Part shown: in pieces, positions 47,503 to 57,733 of the stretch
Numbering within the stretch: position 1 is the first letter of the stretch
How the letters are laid out: every line of letters starts with the position of its first letter
Notes under the pieces: generated by a model
What the model saw: the letters and a program-made list of their open reading frames with translations, nothing else
Told to the model about the DNA's origin: nothing
Databases searched by the model: none
Made by a program: the position numbers and the translations under genes
DNA from: an uncultured bacterium
GTDB taxonomy: Bacteria; Patescibacteriota; Microgenomatia; Levybacterales; UBA12049
Assembly (NCBI GenBank): GCA_963826535.1
Contig: CAWGXL010000011.1
Span: forward strand, 320,809-384,808
DNA: 64,000 nucleotides
Reading direction: 5' to 3'

Positions 47503-48993
47503 ATGAATACTGAGTTAACTCCACTCTGGAATAAAGTTTTGGGAGAGATTAAGAAGAGCGTTTCTAAAGGCACTTATGCAACTCTCTTCAAGCAAACACA
47601 TCTTATTTCGCTTGACGAAACAAAAGCGACAGTGGGAGTTCCATCAGTTATGCTTATCAATCTTTTACGCTCGCGGTTTTTACTAGATATAAAGAAGTTA
47701 CTTGACGCATTTACAGGACGCGAGATTGCTATTGTTTTTATTCCACGCTCCCTGCCTACTTCTGAGAAGAACCCTAAAGAGACACCATTATTTGGGCTAC
47801 CTACCACACGCTCAGATTTTTCCAAGACTTCAGATGGCAGGCGCACCGACTCCGAAGCATTGGCGGGCAAGCAAGGATACGCGGGTCATGCCCCATTCCG
47901 CCCAGGTTACGAGGAGCAAGCGGGACAGGGCTCAAATACAACGGGCGGCTCGGGATTAGGCCAGATGATTGGACACTTAACGCGTGTGAGAGCTGATTTT
48001 ACTTTTGCTAATTTTGCTGTTTCTTCTACTAATCAACTTGCATTTGTATCGGCGCAGAATGTGGCTCGCAATACCGGAAAATCATACAATCCCTTTTTTA
48101 TCTATGGGCCTGTTGGGGTGGGCAAAACTCATCTTATGCACGCAATCGCGAATGATGTTTATAAAAGAGAGCCTAATAAGAAGATTATTTATATAACAAG
48201 TGAAGAATTTACTAATGAGGTGGTTGAGGCGATCCGCAATAATGAGACTGCAAAAATGAAAAGGCGGTTCAGGTCTGCATATGTTTTACTCATTGACGAT
48301 ATTCAGTTTATTGCAGGCAAGGAAAAAGTACAGGAAGAGCTTTTTCATACTTTTAATATTTTGATTGATAGCGGATCACAAATTGTACTTTCTTCAGACA
48401 GGCCACCCCAGGAGATAAAGAAGCTTGAGAAGCGCCTGTCTTCGCGTTTTTCCGGAGGGCTGTCGGTAGATATCGAGGCACCTGACTTTGAACTTAAAGC
48501 AGCGATTATTCTTATTAAAGCAAAAAAATATGGGTATGATTTGCCAATTGATGTAGCAAAAATGCTGGCTGAAAATGCAGAAGATACCCGTTCGCTTGAA
48601 GGATTACTCCTGCGAATTATAACGCAAGCAACGGCTGCGGATTCGCCAATTAGTTATGAGATGGCAAAACAGACTTTAAAAGGCGCCGCTCCGGAAGGAG
48701 GCGAACGGCTACATGCTGAAGATATTATAAGGCATGTTTGTAATTACTATAATGTTAAATCCACACAGTTGAAAGGTCCAAAACGAGACGCGGGACTGGT
48801 GAGAGCGCGCCATGTAGCTATGTATTTACTTAAACAAGAGTTAAGACTCACACAGTCGGAAGTCGGTTATTTACTAGGGGGACGAGATCACACAACGATT
48901 ATGCATGGTGTGGATAAAATACGATTGCTGGTGGAAAACCAGGATATTGTAATTGAGGATATTAAGGGGATTATTAAACAGTTTCGTGTGTAA
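47503..48993 (+). CDS. dnaA: Chromosomal replication initiator DnaA
   Basis: AAA+ motifs GPVGVGKTHL and LLIDDIQF, a C-terminal DnaA-box-binding HTH, and a Gly/Pro-rich GC-rich domain II linker. Confidence 0.9.
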   Translation: MNTELTPLWNKVLGEIKKSVSKGTYATLFKQTHLISLDETKATVGVPSVMLINLLRSRFLLDIKKLLDAFTGREIAIVFIPRSLPTSEKNPKETPLFGLPTTRSDFSKTSDGRRTDSEALAGKQGYAGHAPFRPGYEEQAGQGSNTTGGSGLGQMIGHLTRVRADFTFANFAVSSTNQLAFVSAQNVARNTGKSYNPFFIYGPVGVGKTHLMHAIANDVYKREPNKKIIYITSEEFTNEVVEAIRNNETAKMKRRFRSAYVLLIDDIQFIAGKEKVQEELFHTFNILIDSGSQIVLSSDRPPQEIKKLEKRLSSRFSGGLSVDIEAPDFELKAAIILIKAKKYGYDLPIDVAKMLAENAEDTRSLEGLLLRIITQATAADSPISYEMAKQTLKGAAPEGGERLHAEDIIRHVCNYYNVKSTQLKGPKRDAGLVRARHVAMYLLKQELRLTQSEVGYLLGGRDHTTIMHGVDKIRLLVENQDIVIEDIKGIIKQFRV

Positions 48994-49286
48994 ATGTGGT
49001 GGAAAAACAGGCTTATGCTTTTATTAACAACTTATACTCAAAGATATCAACAGGTTTTCCACATTTATCACCTTTTATTTCTACGTCTTTAATTATTACT
49101 ATTGAGAATATTATTAAAAACTAGAAATTTGTGTAAAAAAATAAATTATATCTACCGGCTCCGCCAGTTGGCGGATGAAATTTAAGCAAACACTATTTAT
49201 TATTATCTTATGAGACAAACTACCCTTGCATTTTTCCACTTTTCCATATACACTACTACAACAACAAAATAATATAATACGATGCT
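48994..49286. promoter_or_regulatory. Candidate oriC (dnaA-dnaN intergenic): DnaA-box-like motifs plus AT-rich unwinding region
   Basis: TTTTCCACA at 49055-49063 and TTTTCCACT at 49232-49240 (consensus TTATCCACA), tgtggtgga at 48998. About 60 nt of more than 85% AT at 49087-49150. GC hairpin ccggctccgccagttggcgg. Confidence 0.45.
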
Positions 49287-50396
49287 ATGAAGGTTGAGAT
49301 TATTGTCAGTAATTTACGAGATAAGTTATCCTTTCTTAATCATGTTATATCTTCAAAAAGCCAACTGCCAATATTGTTTAATTTCCTGATTGAAACTGAA
49401 GATGGTAAACTTCGATTAAGTAGTACAGACCTTGAAATAGGAATGGAAACTTATATTCCTGCGACAATTAAAGAAGCGGGGGGAGTTACGGTGCCTGCGC
49501 GTACTTTTACCGAGCTCATAAACTCACTAACTGATGCCACTATTACTTTACAATCAACAGACAACAACCTTGAGGTAATTAGCAAGAAAACAAAAAGCGT
49601 GTTTCAAACAATGTCCAGGAAGGATTTCCCAAAACTTTACGATGTGCGCGGGGATTTGATCGCCGTAATGGACGCTAATGAATTACGAAAAGCTTTTTCT
49701 ACAGTAATTTTTTCTGCAAGTCAGGATACTACCAGGCCTGCCTTATCAGGTGTTTTAGTGAGGCGTGAGAAAGAGGGATTTTTGTTGGTGGCGACCGATG
49801 GTTTTAGATTATCCCTGCGACATTATAAACTACCTAATACAAACGAACAAACCTTAAAGTCTTTTATTGTATCCGCGCGTGTTTTCCGAGAGCTGTTAAC
49901 TATTAAAGAGGGTAAAAAGGAGGTTGAAATGTATATAGCAGGCGGAAGTAATCAGATTATTTTTCAGCAAGGGGATACCCTTATTATTGGAAGACTAATT
50001 GAAGCGGACTTTCCCAGTTTTGAGAAGATTATTCCAACTGACTTCTCGCTGAGCGTAACTTTTGACCGGGAAGAATTGCTTGACGCGGTTAAGATATGTT
50101 CTATTTTTGCGAGGGATAGCGCTAATGTTGTCAAATTAAGCTTACACAAAGATCATATTACTGTTTCTTCGTCATCTCCTTCAGTGGGAAATAATACTGT
50201 TGATGTGGATGCAAAGCTCAGTGGTGAGGAGAATGAGATTGCATTTAACGCGAAATATCTTTTGGATTTATTAAGTAATTTGTCTGAGGGTAGATTGGTT
50301 TTTGACATGATTGGGCCGCTTAACCCCGGGGTATTTAAAGTAGAAGGTGATGCTTCTTTTTTGCATTTAATTATGCCGATCAGGACAGGGGCGTAA
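49287..50396 (+). CDS. dnaN: DNA polymerase III beta sliding clamp
   Basis: Three-domain clamp architecture in the canonical position after dnaA. Confidence 0.9.
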   Translation: MKVEIIVSNLRDKLSFLNHVISSKSQLPILFNFLIETEDGKLRLSSTDLEIGMETYIPATIKEAGGVTVPARTFTELINSLTDATITLQSTDNNLEVISKKTKSVFQTMSRKDFPKLYDVRGDLIAVMDANELRKAFSTVIFSASQDTTRPALSGVLVRREKEGFLLVATDGFRLSLRHYKLPNTNEQTLKSFIVSARVFRELLTIKEGKKEVEMYIAGGSNQIIFQQGDTLIIGRLIEADFPSFEKIIPTDFSLSVTFDREELLDAVKICSIFARDSANVVKLSLHKDHITVSSSSPSVGNNTVDVDAKLSGEENEIAFNAKYLLDLLSNLSEGRLVFDMIGPLNPGVFKVEGDASFLHLIMPIRTGA

Positions 50397-50408
50397 AATA
50401 GGTTAATA

Positions 50409-51002
50409 CTACTGACAATTTGGAGCCAAAGTACTGAAAATAATATTTGAATCACCCAATTCATTCCTTATATCCCAATTTAAAATAAATTCGAGGGGGT
50501 AATTACAGATTGCGTCTTGACTGAATCCGCGATTTAGGAACCATTGAACAGCTTCTTCTTTTGCAAGGCTGATATTGGTTGTTTTTATTTCAACCTCGAA
50601 TATATTAAGTGTGCCATTATAGTCAATGCGCATGTTTGGAGATGTATATATTGTGCCTGACTCCGCATCTTCCGGCAGAAAATCTAATAATATTTTGAGC
50701 GCAGCCGCTTTATCGCTTTCTGAAAGAGGTTTTCTGTTTTGTATTTTTTCTATAAGCAGGTTTTGTGATGATGGATCATATTCTATTATGGGTTTTTTTT
50801 CAGGTTGAAAGTTTGGGGGTATATAAATAAAAGTGGGAGTTGTCGAGTTTTGTTGTGTTTGATTTTGCGCTGGTTGTTTAAGAGCTTTTCTATTAGCGCG
50901 TTGGGAGAGATAATTTAGATAGGTTATTACAACCATAATTATAATCAAGATTAAAGCTATTAATACAATTAAGATATTTTCGAATTTTATCTTTTTTATC
51001 AT
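50409..51002 (-). CDS. Hypothetical single-pass membrane protein (last gene of the T4SS-like operon)
   Basis: N-terminal TM. No recognisable domain. Confidence 0.3.
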   Translation of the reverse strand: MIKKIKFENILIVLIALILIIIMVVITYLNYLSQRANRKALKQPAQNQTQQNSTTPTFIYIPPNFQPEKKPIIEYDPSSQNLLIEKIQNRKPLSESDKAAALKILLDFLPEDAESGTIYTSPNMRIDYNGTLNIFEVEIKTTNISLAKEEAVQWFLNRGFSQDAICNYPLEFILNWDIRNELGDSNIIFSTLAPNCQ

Positions 51003-51017
51003 AATTTAATGTTTTTG

Positions 51018-52367
51018 TCAGCGACAGTTTGGTCTGCTTGCAGTGTGGCCTAACCCATCACCTCCTGGAAAAAGCTTATTCCATTTGCACCAATATCTAT
51101 ATGGGTCATTATTATTGTAACTTTTCATATAATTGATCCCATTACTGATTTGAGATTGCCAGTGGACATCTCCTAAGTCGGAGGAGTTATTTGATTTAAA
51201 CCTGCTCCCCATTTGGAATAATCCCCAAGCCCCATATGGGTTGGGAGTTCCTATGCCCGGGTCTGCCCAGGCAAGAGGATCTAAAGAGCTTTCTCCATTA
51301 AGAACAACGTGCCATTTTAACGCTCTTTCGGGGTCAAGTTGTTGTAGCATCTGGTCCAATTTAGGAATTGCGAAGTCGCATTGAGGATCGCCGAAATTTT
51401 CTTTAAGATAGCGGTTTTTGGCTATTCTAGCGGCGTATTTTGCGTTACAGTCGTCCAGGGTAGCGCTTTGGCTTGCGATGTCAGGGCAGGCAAATTCTCC
51501 ACTTGCGCCTCCTCCACCAAACTCGCCACCCCCGCCCTGAGCGGGCTCTTGGCCACCGGCAGGGTTAGCAGGGGCGGTGCTATTTCCAAAGTAGGTTATA
51601 TCCCAGTGGTTGAACCCACTTTCAAAAACATACTCGTTTCCATCATTATCCTTATATCTTGGACCACCATGTGCACCAGGTCTTTCTCCGTCAGGGGTTA
51701 AGCTTTTTATGTAATTTGATACGGCGTCGGTATTTCCGTTTGAAGTAATATCAACCTTATATCCACTCGGATGGGTGTGTTGTCCTTCCGATGAATGTCC
51801 CGGCTCTGTTCCGCCAAAAACTGTAAAAGAAGACCCGACTTTCTGTTTCAATTTAATGACTCCGTCTAAAGTAGATTGTCTTATGCCTCCGAGGTATGTG
51901 CACCCTTCGTTGTTTGTGAAGCAATGATTGGATGAGTCTATGGAAATACCTGCATTGCTTAGTTGTTGGGCTGCGGCATCATGAGAAACATCTCCTGTAG
52001 TTGCGCTTTGGCTGGCGGATGGGGTACAGCTGGTGGCTCCGCCTGCGCCTTCGGGAATATCATATCCGGTAAACATGGTAATAATTATGTTGATAATAAA
52101 TATAAAGAAAATAATTATTAAAATTGCGATTAAAACATAAGGATTAAGTACTACCCGAGCAGCAACTTGAGTTCCTATTCTAGCTGCTGCTTGCCCTGCT
52201 TTTGCTCCTGCTTTTGATGCTGCCTGACTTGCTTTTCGTGAGGCTAATTTATTAATTGAGGATTTAGGTGTTTGTAATTTTGCATGTCCATGAGCATGAC
52301 TATGAGATTTGTCATCTTCTTTTTCCTCTTCAGGCGGGGCTTGCTGTTCGTCTTCGGGATCCTGCAT
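51018..52367 (-). CDS. Membrane-anchored putative bifunctional peptidoglycan hydrolase (M15-like peptidase plus lytic-transglycosylase-like)
   Basis: Basic N-terminus plus TM. SEGQHTHPSGYKVDI with NHWDITY resembles the M15 SxHxxGxAxD and ExxH motifs. VLNGESS, GAWGLFQM and YNNN resemble SLT motifs I-III. Position next to VirB4 fits a VirB1-like role. Confidence 0.4.
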   Translation of the reverse strand: MQDPEDEQQAPPEEEKEDDKSHSHAHGHAKLQTPKSSINKLASRKASQAASKAGAKAGQAAARIGTQVAARVVLNPYVLIAILIIIFFIFIINIIITMFTGYDIPEGAGGATSCTPSASQSATTGDVSHDAAAQQLSNAGISIDSSNHCFTNNEGCTYLGGIRQSTLDGVIKLKQKVGSSFTVFGGTEPGHSSEGQHTHPSGYKVDITSNGNTDAVSNYIKSLTPDGERPGAHGGPRYKDNDGNEYVFESGFNHWDITYFGNSTAPANPAGGQEPAQGGGGEFGGGGASGEFACPDIASQSATLDDCNAKYAARIAKNRYLKENFGDPQCDFAIPKLDQMLQQLDPERALKWHVVLNGESSLDPLAWADPGIGTPNPYGAWGLFQMGSRFKSNNSSDLGDVHWQSQISNGINYMKSYNNNDPYRYWCKWNKLFPGGDGLGHTASRPNCR

Positions 52368-52386
52368 AGTTATATACTAGCAAATT

Positions 52387-54522
52387 TTAGGGTTTGGGGG
52401 GAAGAGCGGGTGATGGTGGGGAGGGGTTGACGTTTGTAGGGTTAGGTGGGGAGTGGTAGGTGGCGGCAGTTGGCGCGGTGGACGGCTTGGGGGGCGGGGA
52501 ACTGTGGAAAGTGGTTGCGGGTGGGGGATTCGTAGACGTATGGGTAGCAGAGGAGTCCGGTTCTGTAGACTCAGACTGTTTGTTTATAATAGTCATGGCT
52601 TCTTTAGCTTGTTGTCTTTTTAATAATTCCATGGGATTGGATGTAATAAGTTCATGTTCGAATGGAGCAGCAAATGTTTTCATGGCAACATGGTTTTGAC
52701 CGGCAAAGAAAAGTCCTTCGCCAACATCGGCTGAAAGCAGAAGGGCTTTTTCTCCTTCAGAAAGATAGAAAGTTTCGGCGATTTTGTCTACTTCGGCTGT
52801 TCCTTGTTTGAGAAGTATTTGAATAGAGGAATTGGTAAGGACGGCTTTGCCATAGTTGGTTTTCATAAAATCTTCTACGTCCTGGGTAGCAGTAGTCATG
52901 CCCAGGAAGTATTTTCTAGCGCGTTTGGCAATGGAGTAAACGAAAGAGGCGGAATCTTCATATTTCATCATATACCAACCCTCGTCCAGAATAAGCAGGC
53001 GCTTTTTGAGAGTTTTTTTGACTTTGGTCCAGACAAAATCGAGGATAATATGCATGGCGACCGGCCGAAGTTCTTCTTCAAGATTGCGGATGGAAAAAAT
53101 GGTCAGACTATTGTTGATTTCAAAGTTTGACTGTTGATTGAATATTCCTGAGGCGCTTCCTTTGATGAATTTTTCAAGACGATAGGCGAGATCTCTGGCT
53201 GTGGAGGTTTCATAACCTAACAGCACTTTATATAAATCCTCCAAGAGGGGCGGCTGCTTTTTTTGGGTTGCCGGGTCAGTTGTGATACCTTTTTGGCGGT
53301 AAGTTTCAATCATAGCCCGGTCTAAAATTGCGTCATGTTCGGCATCCATATCGCCCATGATAATATTAAGTAATCCGTGAAGGGAAAGAACTTTTAGGCC
53401 CAATTCGTTTTCTCCTTCTTCAAATACGCCTGACATGTCAAAAGGGTTTATTTTTATAGTGGATCCGGACGAGAATTCTACAACTTCTCCGCCTAATTCA
53501 GGCGCGATTGTGCCATATTCTCCTTCGGGATCAATTACAATTACTTCAGCGCCGAGCATGAACTGACGCAGAATTTCAAGTTTTATAAGATAGGATTTTC
53601 CAGCACCCGATTTTCCTAAAATAACTTCGTTGGCATTTTCTAAGGTGAACCTGTCGAAGATAATCAACGAGCCGTTTTGTTGATTTACGCCATACATAAC
53701 ACCTCTATTTTGCGTTAAAACGGCAGATGTGAAAGGAAAAGTGGAAGCCAAAGAAGTTGTGTCCATATTTCTAGTGATATATAAACGGTCTTGTCCCATG
53801 GGTAGTGTTGATCTAAAACCGTCTTCCATTTGTAATGTAGCAATTTTGCCGGTTAGTAAGAGTGCGCCCAGGGCAGTCTGCAGCTCTTTGACTGTTTGTT
53901 GGAGCTTTGCCAGGTCGTCGATGGAGACAGTGAGGTAGAGGGAGAACTGAAAGAAGCGTTCAATGCCTTTAGCAAGCTCCTCTTGAAGTCCGAGAGCGTC
54001 TTCTAATGCAGCTTCGGTTGTCGGGTCTGCGGCTTTACCTTGCTCGCCATCTGATTGGATAGTTGCCTGCATTTCGGCAATTTTTCTTCTCAAATCGGCT
54101 AAAACGTCTTTTGAAGATGTGGGGTATATAAACATGGCGATATCCAAAGTGTGATCATAGTCAATTATGGGTTGTAACCAGCCAGGAGAGACGTAGCGTG
54201 GGTAGCCAGCCGCAAATAAGGTTGAGTAAAATGTGTCACTAACGCGGATAAAGCGGAAGTCAACTTCAACAGACGATGGCGAAATGATATCAATAATAGA
54301 TGAGAGACCTTTCTCTAGGGTTTGCAGGTTTGACGCAGGCGCTGGTTTTGGTTTTGTTTGAGCTGTTTTTGCCGGACGCAAGACTGTTCCCGGCTTCACC
54401 GGCTTTGAGACTACAGCATGGTTGGCAGGGTGCGCGTTTATACCCGGCTTGGCAAGTGGTGGTACACCCCGGGGTGTTGCTTGTGATTGTTGGTTTGGTT
54501 TTTTTAAAAAGGGCAGATTCAT
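52387..54522 (-). CDS. Type IV secretion ATPase, VirB4/TrbE/CagE family, with Pro-rich C-terminal tail
   Basis: Walker A GKSGAGKS, Walker B LLILDEGW, the conserved VirB4 block in its C-terminal half, and a low-complexity P/S/T-rich tail. Confidence 0.75.
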   Translation of the reverse strand: MNLPFLKKPNQQSQATPRGVPPLAKPGINAHPANHAVVSKPVKPGTVLRPAKTAQTKPKPAPASNLQTLEKGLSSIIDIISPSSVEVDFRFIRVSDTFYSTLFAAGYPRYVSPGWLQPIIDYDHTLDIAMFIYPTSSKDVLADLRRKIAEMQATIQSDGEQGKAADPTTEAALEDALGLQEELAKGIERFFQFSLYLTVSIDDLAKLQQTVKELQTALGALLLTGKIATLQMEDGFRSTLPMGQDRLYITRNMDTTSLASTFPFTSAVLTQNRGVMYGVNQQNGSLIIFDRFTLENANEVILGKSGAGKSYLIKLEILRQFMLGAEVIVIDPEGEYGTIAPELGGEVVEFSSGSTIKINPFDMSGVFEEGENELGLKVLSLHGLLNIIMGDMDAEHDAILDRAMIETYRQKGITTDPATQKKQPPLLEDLYKVLLGYETSTARDLAYRLEKFIKGSASGIFNQQSNFEINNSLTIFSIRNLEEELRPVAMHIILDFVWTKVKKTLKKRLLILDEGWYMMKYEDSASFVYSIAKRARKYFLGMTTATQDVEDFMKTNYGKAVLTNSSIQILLKQGTAEVDKIAETFYLSEGEKALLLSADVGEGLFFAGQNHVAMKTFAAPFEHELITSNPMELLKRQQAKEAMTIINKQSESTEPDSSATHTSTNPPPATTFHSSPPPKPSTAPTAATYHSPPNPTNVNPSPPSPALPPKP

Positions 54523-54523
54523 G

Positions 54524-55186
54524 TTACTCCTTAGTTCCTCCTGTAATTATTGTAGCATTTGTGCCGTTTTCCATTTGCTCTACCTGTATGCCGGCACCCT
54601 CATTATAGATATCATAGAAGAGTTTTATCAGATCTTCTTTTTCTAAAATTCTAGCGGACATGGCAAATTTCTGCAATTGTGTTAATATAGAGTCAGCTTT
54701 TGAACTCAGCGATTTTTTGGCCTTATCGGCAAAAACTTCAATTTCCGTAGTTTTTTTCTGTGAGGAATGTGCGGCTCCGCTTACTCCACCTTCAAGCGCA
54801 GAGTAGGGTATAGCTATGTAAAAGGATTTACTCAAGACAACATTGACTGTTACCATTTCATGGACAAAGGTTCGATATAATTTAATATGAGTTTTTAATT
54901 GAGGTGATTTGGTGGTGTTTTCTATTTCGTCCAGCTCCTTCAAATAAGAACTGATATCCATCCGTTTATTGCGGATTATAATTTGAATAGGAAACGAGAG
55001 AGAGTTGAGGAGTGCGGCGTATGAGAAAATTCTTGTGTCCTGTTCCCTTTGGGACAAAAGAGCAAAGTTACTTGCAGTTATTTCGATTATTAAACACGCG
55101 TTTCCTCCTTCCAGGATCACGATATTGTCAATGAAATCAATAATCTCTGTAAATTTTTGTGTTGACGCATGAATTTTTTTGGCCAT
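54524..55186 (-). CDS. Hypothetical protein translationally coupled to VirB4 (T4SS-associated)
   Basis: Stop codon lies 1 nt before the virB4 start. No TM. Might be a separately encoded VirB4 N-terminal-domain-like piece. Confidence 0.3.
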   Translation of the reverse strand: MAKKIHASTQKFTEIIDFIDNIVILEGGNACLIIEITASNFALLSQREQDTRIFSYAALLNSLSFPIQIIIRNKRMDISSYLKELDEIENTTKSPQLKTHIKLYRTFVHEMVTVNVVLSKSFYIAIPYSALEGGVSGAAHSSQKKTTEIEVFADKAKKSLSSKADSILTQLQKFAMSARILEKEDLIKLFYDIYNEGAGIQVEQMENGTNATIITGGTKE

Positions 55187-55232
55187 AGTTTATGACGTAA
55201 GACGTAAGACGTAAGACGTAAGAATTTTCATT

Positions 55233-56342
55233 TTAATTAAATAGTTGTTTATGTAATTCTTCCCGGGCGTCGTGTGATATTATTTCAATTGGGAGCATGA
55301 TTTGTTTGTTAGCGTTTATTTGGATAATGCCAAATGCATGTTGTTTTTTGGGGTCTTCGAGTTCAATTGCATAGGTACCATCTGCCAGGGGAGTGGCTGA
55401 GGCGAATTGCCCCAAGGGATTGGTTTTAAATGCACGAACAGGATTTCCATCTTTATCCTTTACCTCAACTAGAATATTAGGTAGTGAATTTCCCCGAGAA
55501 TCCTTAACAATACCGACGACAACATTGGGGGTATCAGATACATGAGGGAAACCTGCGCTTTTAGTCATATTCTGCGGTATGTTTCGGGCATGGGCTAAGT
55601 CTTGGGCGGGTGTTTGCTTTACTAATTGATGCTGAAGGAGCACCGGTTTTGGTTTCGGGGGGATTTGCGTTTGGGAGGTTACTATATTTGCTGGGTGCAG
55701 AAGTGCACCCGGATGCGCGGGATGCAAGGCTGCACCCGACTTTGGACTAGAAACTGGAAAATGGAGCGTTGGTTTTGTAGGAGTTTTTATTGTCACTGGC
55801 GCAGCAGTAAGTATGGGTTGCGGAGTTGGGGTAGGCATGGCGGCAATTGACTGTAAAAAGGCGACTTCTTTTTTATCCAGGGTATTTTTTGTATTCTGAT
55901 AGCTACTTGCTAATAATGCGCGGAGTTGCTGTCCCTTTTTGCTTTCCTGAAATACCTGACTTGTGGATTTTTGTACTGCTGTTGTTGCTTTGGCTGGTGG
56001 AGCTTTTGCGTAGCTAATTTGTGTAAAACTAAATTTTCTCCCTTTTTTAATATAGACATATTGATTGGGCGAAAATAAGGCGTGAAAGAAATTAGTGGTC
56101 ATTATATCAACCGGTCTTCCTTCAATTGGCACAAACGCTATTATAACGCCGGATAAACCGAATATCGGCACCAGTATTCCTTTGGTCACGAAATGCCAGA
56201 GGAATCCTTGTACAGGCGCATACCAGGATAGGACAGCCAGGATCGCACCGGCAGCAACATAACCAAACTGTTTGACAGTCATAGTGCCTATCAGCTTGAA
56301 CTGAAAGCCTGTTACATCTTGTGGGATCGGATGCTGCTCCAT
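55233..56342 (-). CDS. Membrane protein with VirB3-like two-TM N-terminus, Pro-rich linker and C-terminal carboxypeptidase-regulatory-like beta-sandwich domain
   Basis: TM hairpin FGYVAAGAILAVL and VPIFGLSGVIIAFV. C-terminal VVVGIVKDSRGNSLPNILVEVKDKDGNPV...DGTYAIELE. Start at the internal ATG; the track ORF starts at 56474. Confidence 0.4.
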   Translation of the reverse strand: MEQHPIPQDVTGFQFKLIGTMTVKQFGYVAAGAILAVLSWYAPVQGFLWHFVTKGILVPIFGLSGVIIAFVPIEGRPVDIMTTNFFHALFSPNQYVYIKKGRKFSFTQISYAKAPPAKATTAVQKSTSQVFQESKKGQQLRALLASSYQNTKNTLDKKEVAFLQSIAAMPTPTPQPILTAAPVTIKTPTKPTLHFPVSSPKSGAALHPAHPGALLHPANIVTSQTQIPPKPKPVLLQHQLVKQTPAQDLAHARNIPQNMTKSAGFPHVSDTPNVVVGIVKDSRGNSLPNILVEVKDKDGNPVRAFKTNPLGQFASATPLADGTYAIELEDPKKQHAFGIIQINANKQIMLPIEIISHDAREELHKQLFN

Positions 56343-56532
56343 ATAAATAAATTCCGAGCCGCCATCAGTCAGCCCCGATTTTATCTGGGTCAGTTGACGG
56401 AGGCGGACGGCCTTTCTATTACAGAAAGTGTATAACGTGAAAAATTTGATTGCAAGAGCATCAAAGTGATTCAAACATGATAGGAAATTGTGATTAGATT
56501 CTTGTTTTCACAGGTAGGAGGCTGCGAAGTAA

Positions 56533-57243
56533 ATGTTTTGTATAATAAAACAAATGACAGTATTTCATTTAAAAATTATCGCTATCCTTACTATGGTTAT
56601 AGATCATATCGGTTTATACTTTTTTCCCGATATATTATTGTTTCGTATAGTTGGAAGGATTTCATTTCCGATTTTCGCATGGCTCATAGCTAATGGGGAA
56701 AAGCATACACAAAATATAAAGCGTTACTTGATCCGTTTATTTCTGTTTGCTTGTATATCTCAGCCTTTTTTTTATCTAACATATATCAATATAGATCCCA
56801 CATTTGATGGTCTAAATGTACTTTTTACCCTTTTTATTGGACTTGGTGCAATAATTGCGTTAAAGAAAATCAGAAATAAATTTTTAGCACTTATTTGTAT
56901 TGTATTGATGGCTGCAATGGCCGAAGTAATTAAGTCCGATTATGGTGCGATAGGTATTTTATCAATTGTATTCTTTTATATATTCTATAACAAAATGGCA
57001 AAAATGGTATTATCCCAGATATTTATTTATACAGCTGCATACTGGTTGTCGTTTCCGTTTTTCCCGAGTGAGCAGTTTTTTTTAAGCTTAATACAATCAT
57101 TTATTGGACTGACAGTACTTTTCTCATTATTTCTAATAATGAGATACAAGGGAGTTGAAGGTCCGAGAGTAAAACATCTTTTTTACGTGGTTTATCCGAT
57201 GCAGTATGTGGTAATTTATTTATTGCAAAAATTAGTTTATTGA
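56533..57243 (+). CDS. traX: TraX-family protein (F-pilin acetylase-like polytopic membrane protein)
   Basis: FHLKIIAILTMVIDHIGLYFFPD resembles the TraX family N-terminal signature. Multiple TM helices. Confidence 0.55.
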   Translation: MFCIIKQMTVFHLKIIAILTMVIDHIGLYFFPDILLFRIVGRISFPIFAWLIANGEKHTQNIKRYLIRLFLFACISQPFFYLTYINIDPTFDGLNVLFTLFIGLGAIIALKKIRNKFLALICIVLMAAMAEVIKSDYGAIGILSIVFFYIFYNKMAKMVLSQIFIYTAAYWLSFPFFPSEQFFLSLIQSFIGLTVLFSLFLIMRYKGVEGPRVKHLFYVVYPMQYVVIYLLQKLVY

Positions 57244-57572
57244 CAGCCTGTCATGAAAGTATTTAAATCAGTGAAGCCGGTGATACATGCTGTAGTGTTG
57301 GTAATGTAGCCGATGAAGTAAAGTATTGCGAAGGAGAGCAGGACTATTACAAGGCCTAGTATCGCGAATGTCATAATTTTTCTTGCACCTTCGACTTTTT
57401 TTGCGTCTCCTCCTGAGGTGACCATGCTTAATCCCGCATACATAATGAAGATAATAGCTACTATGCCAACAAACAGAAGAGCTGCGCTAATTACGTTCTT
57501 GAAGACAATAGGAATACAAGTGAGTTTAGGTATGCCGCTTGGATCAAGACAGCTATCCCAGGTCATGAACAT
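57237..57572 (-). CDS. VirB2/TrbC-like T4SS pilin candidate (paralog 1)
   Basis: About 110 aa with two hydrophobic helices joined by VTSGGDAKKVEGAR. Paralogous to the next two genes. Confidence 0.5.
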   Translation of the reverse strand: MFMTWDSCLDPSGIPKLTCIPIVFKNVISAALLFVGIVAIIFIMYAGLSMVTSGGDAKKVEGARKIMTFAILGLVIVLLSFAILYFIGYITNTTACITGFTDLNTFMTGCQ

Positions 57573-57733
57573 GTTTTAAGCTTAGCAATATGCTGAAAAA
57601 AAATCAAGAGTCAAGGCGTAACACTTCCCACCGTTAAGCTGGGCAACGCTCAGGTAGTATACTTATTATCGCTAGGATCCTTGGGATATTTTGAAAGTAG
57701 AGGGGTATAAATGTTACAAGAGGAGCGGTGTGA

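Noticed and set aside
47800-47990. GC-rich, Gly/Pro-rich segment inside dnaA that looked like a possible insertion
   Set aside because: It corresponds to the naturally variable domain II linker of DnaA between the N-terminal and AAA+ domains, so it is not a mobile insert.
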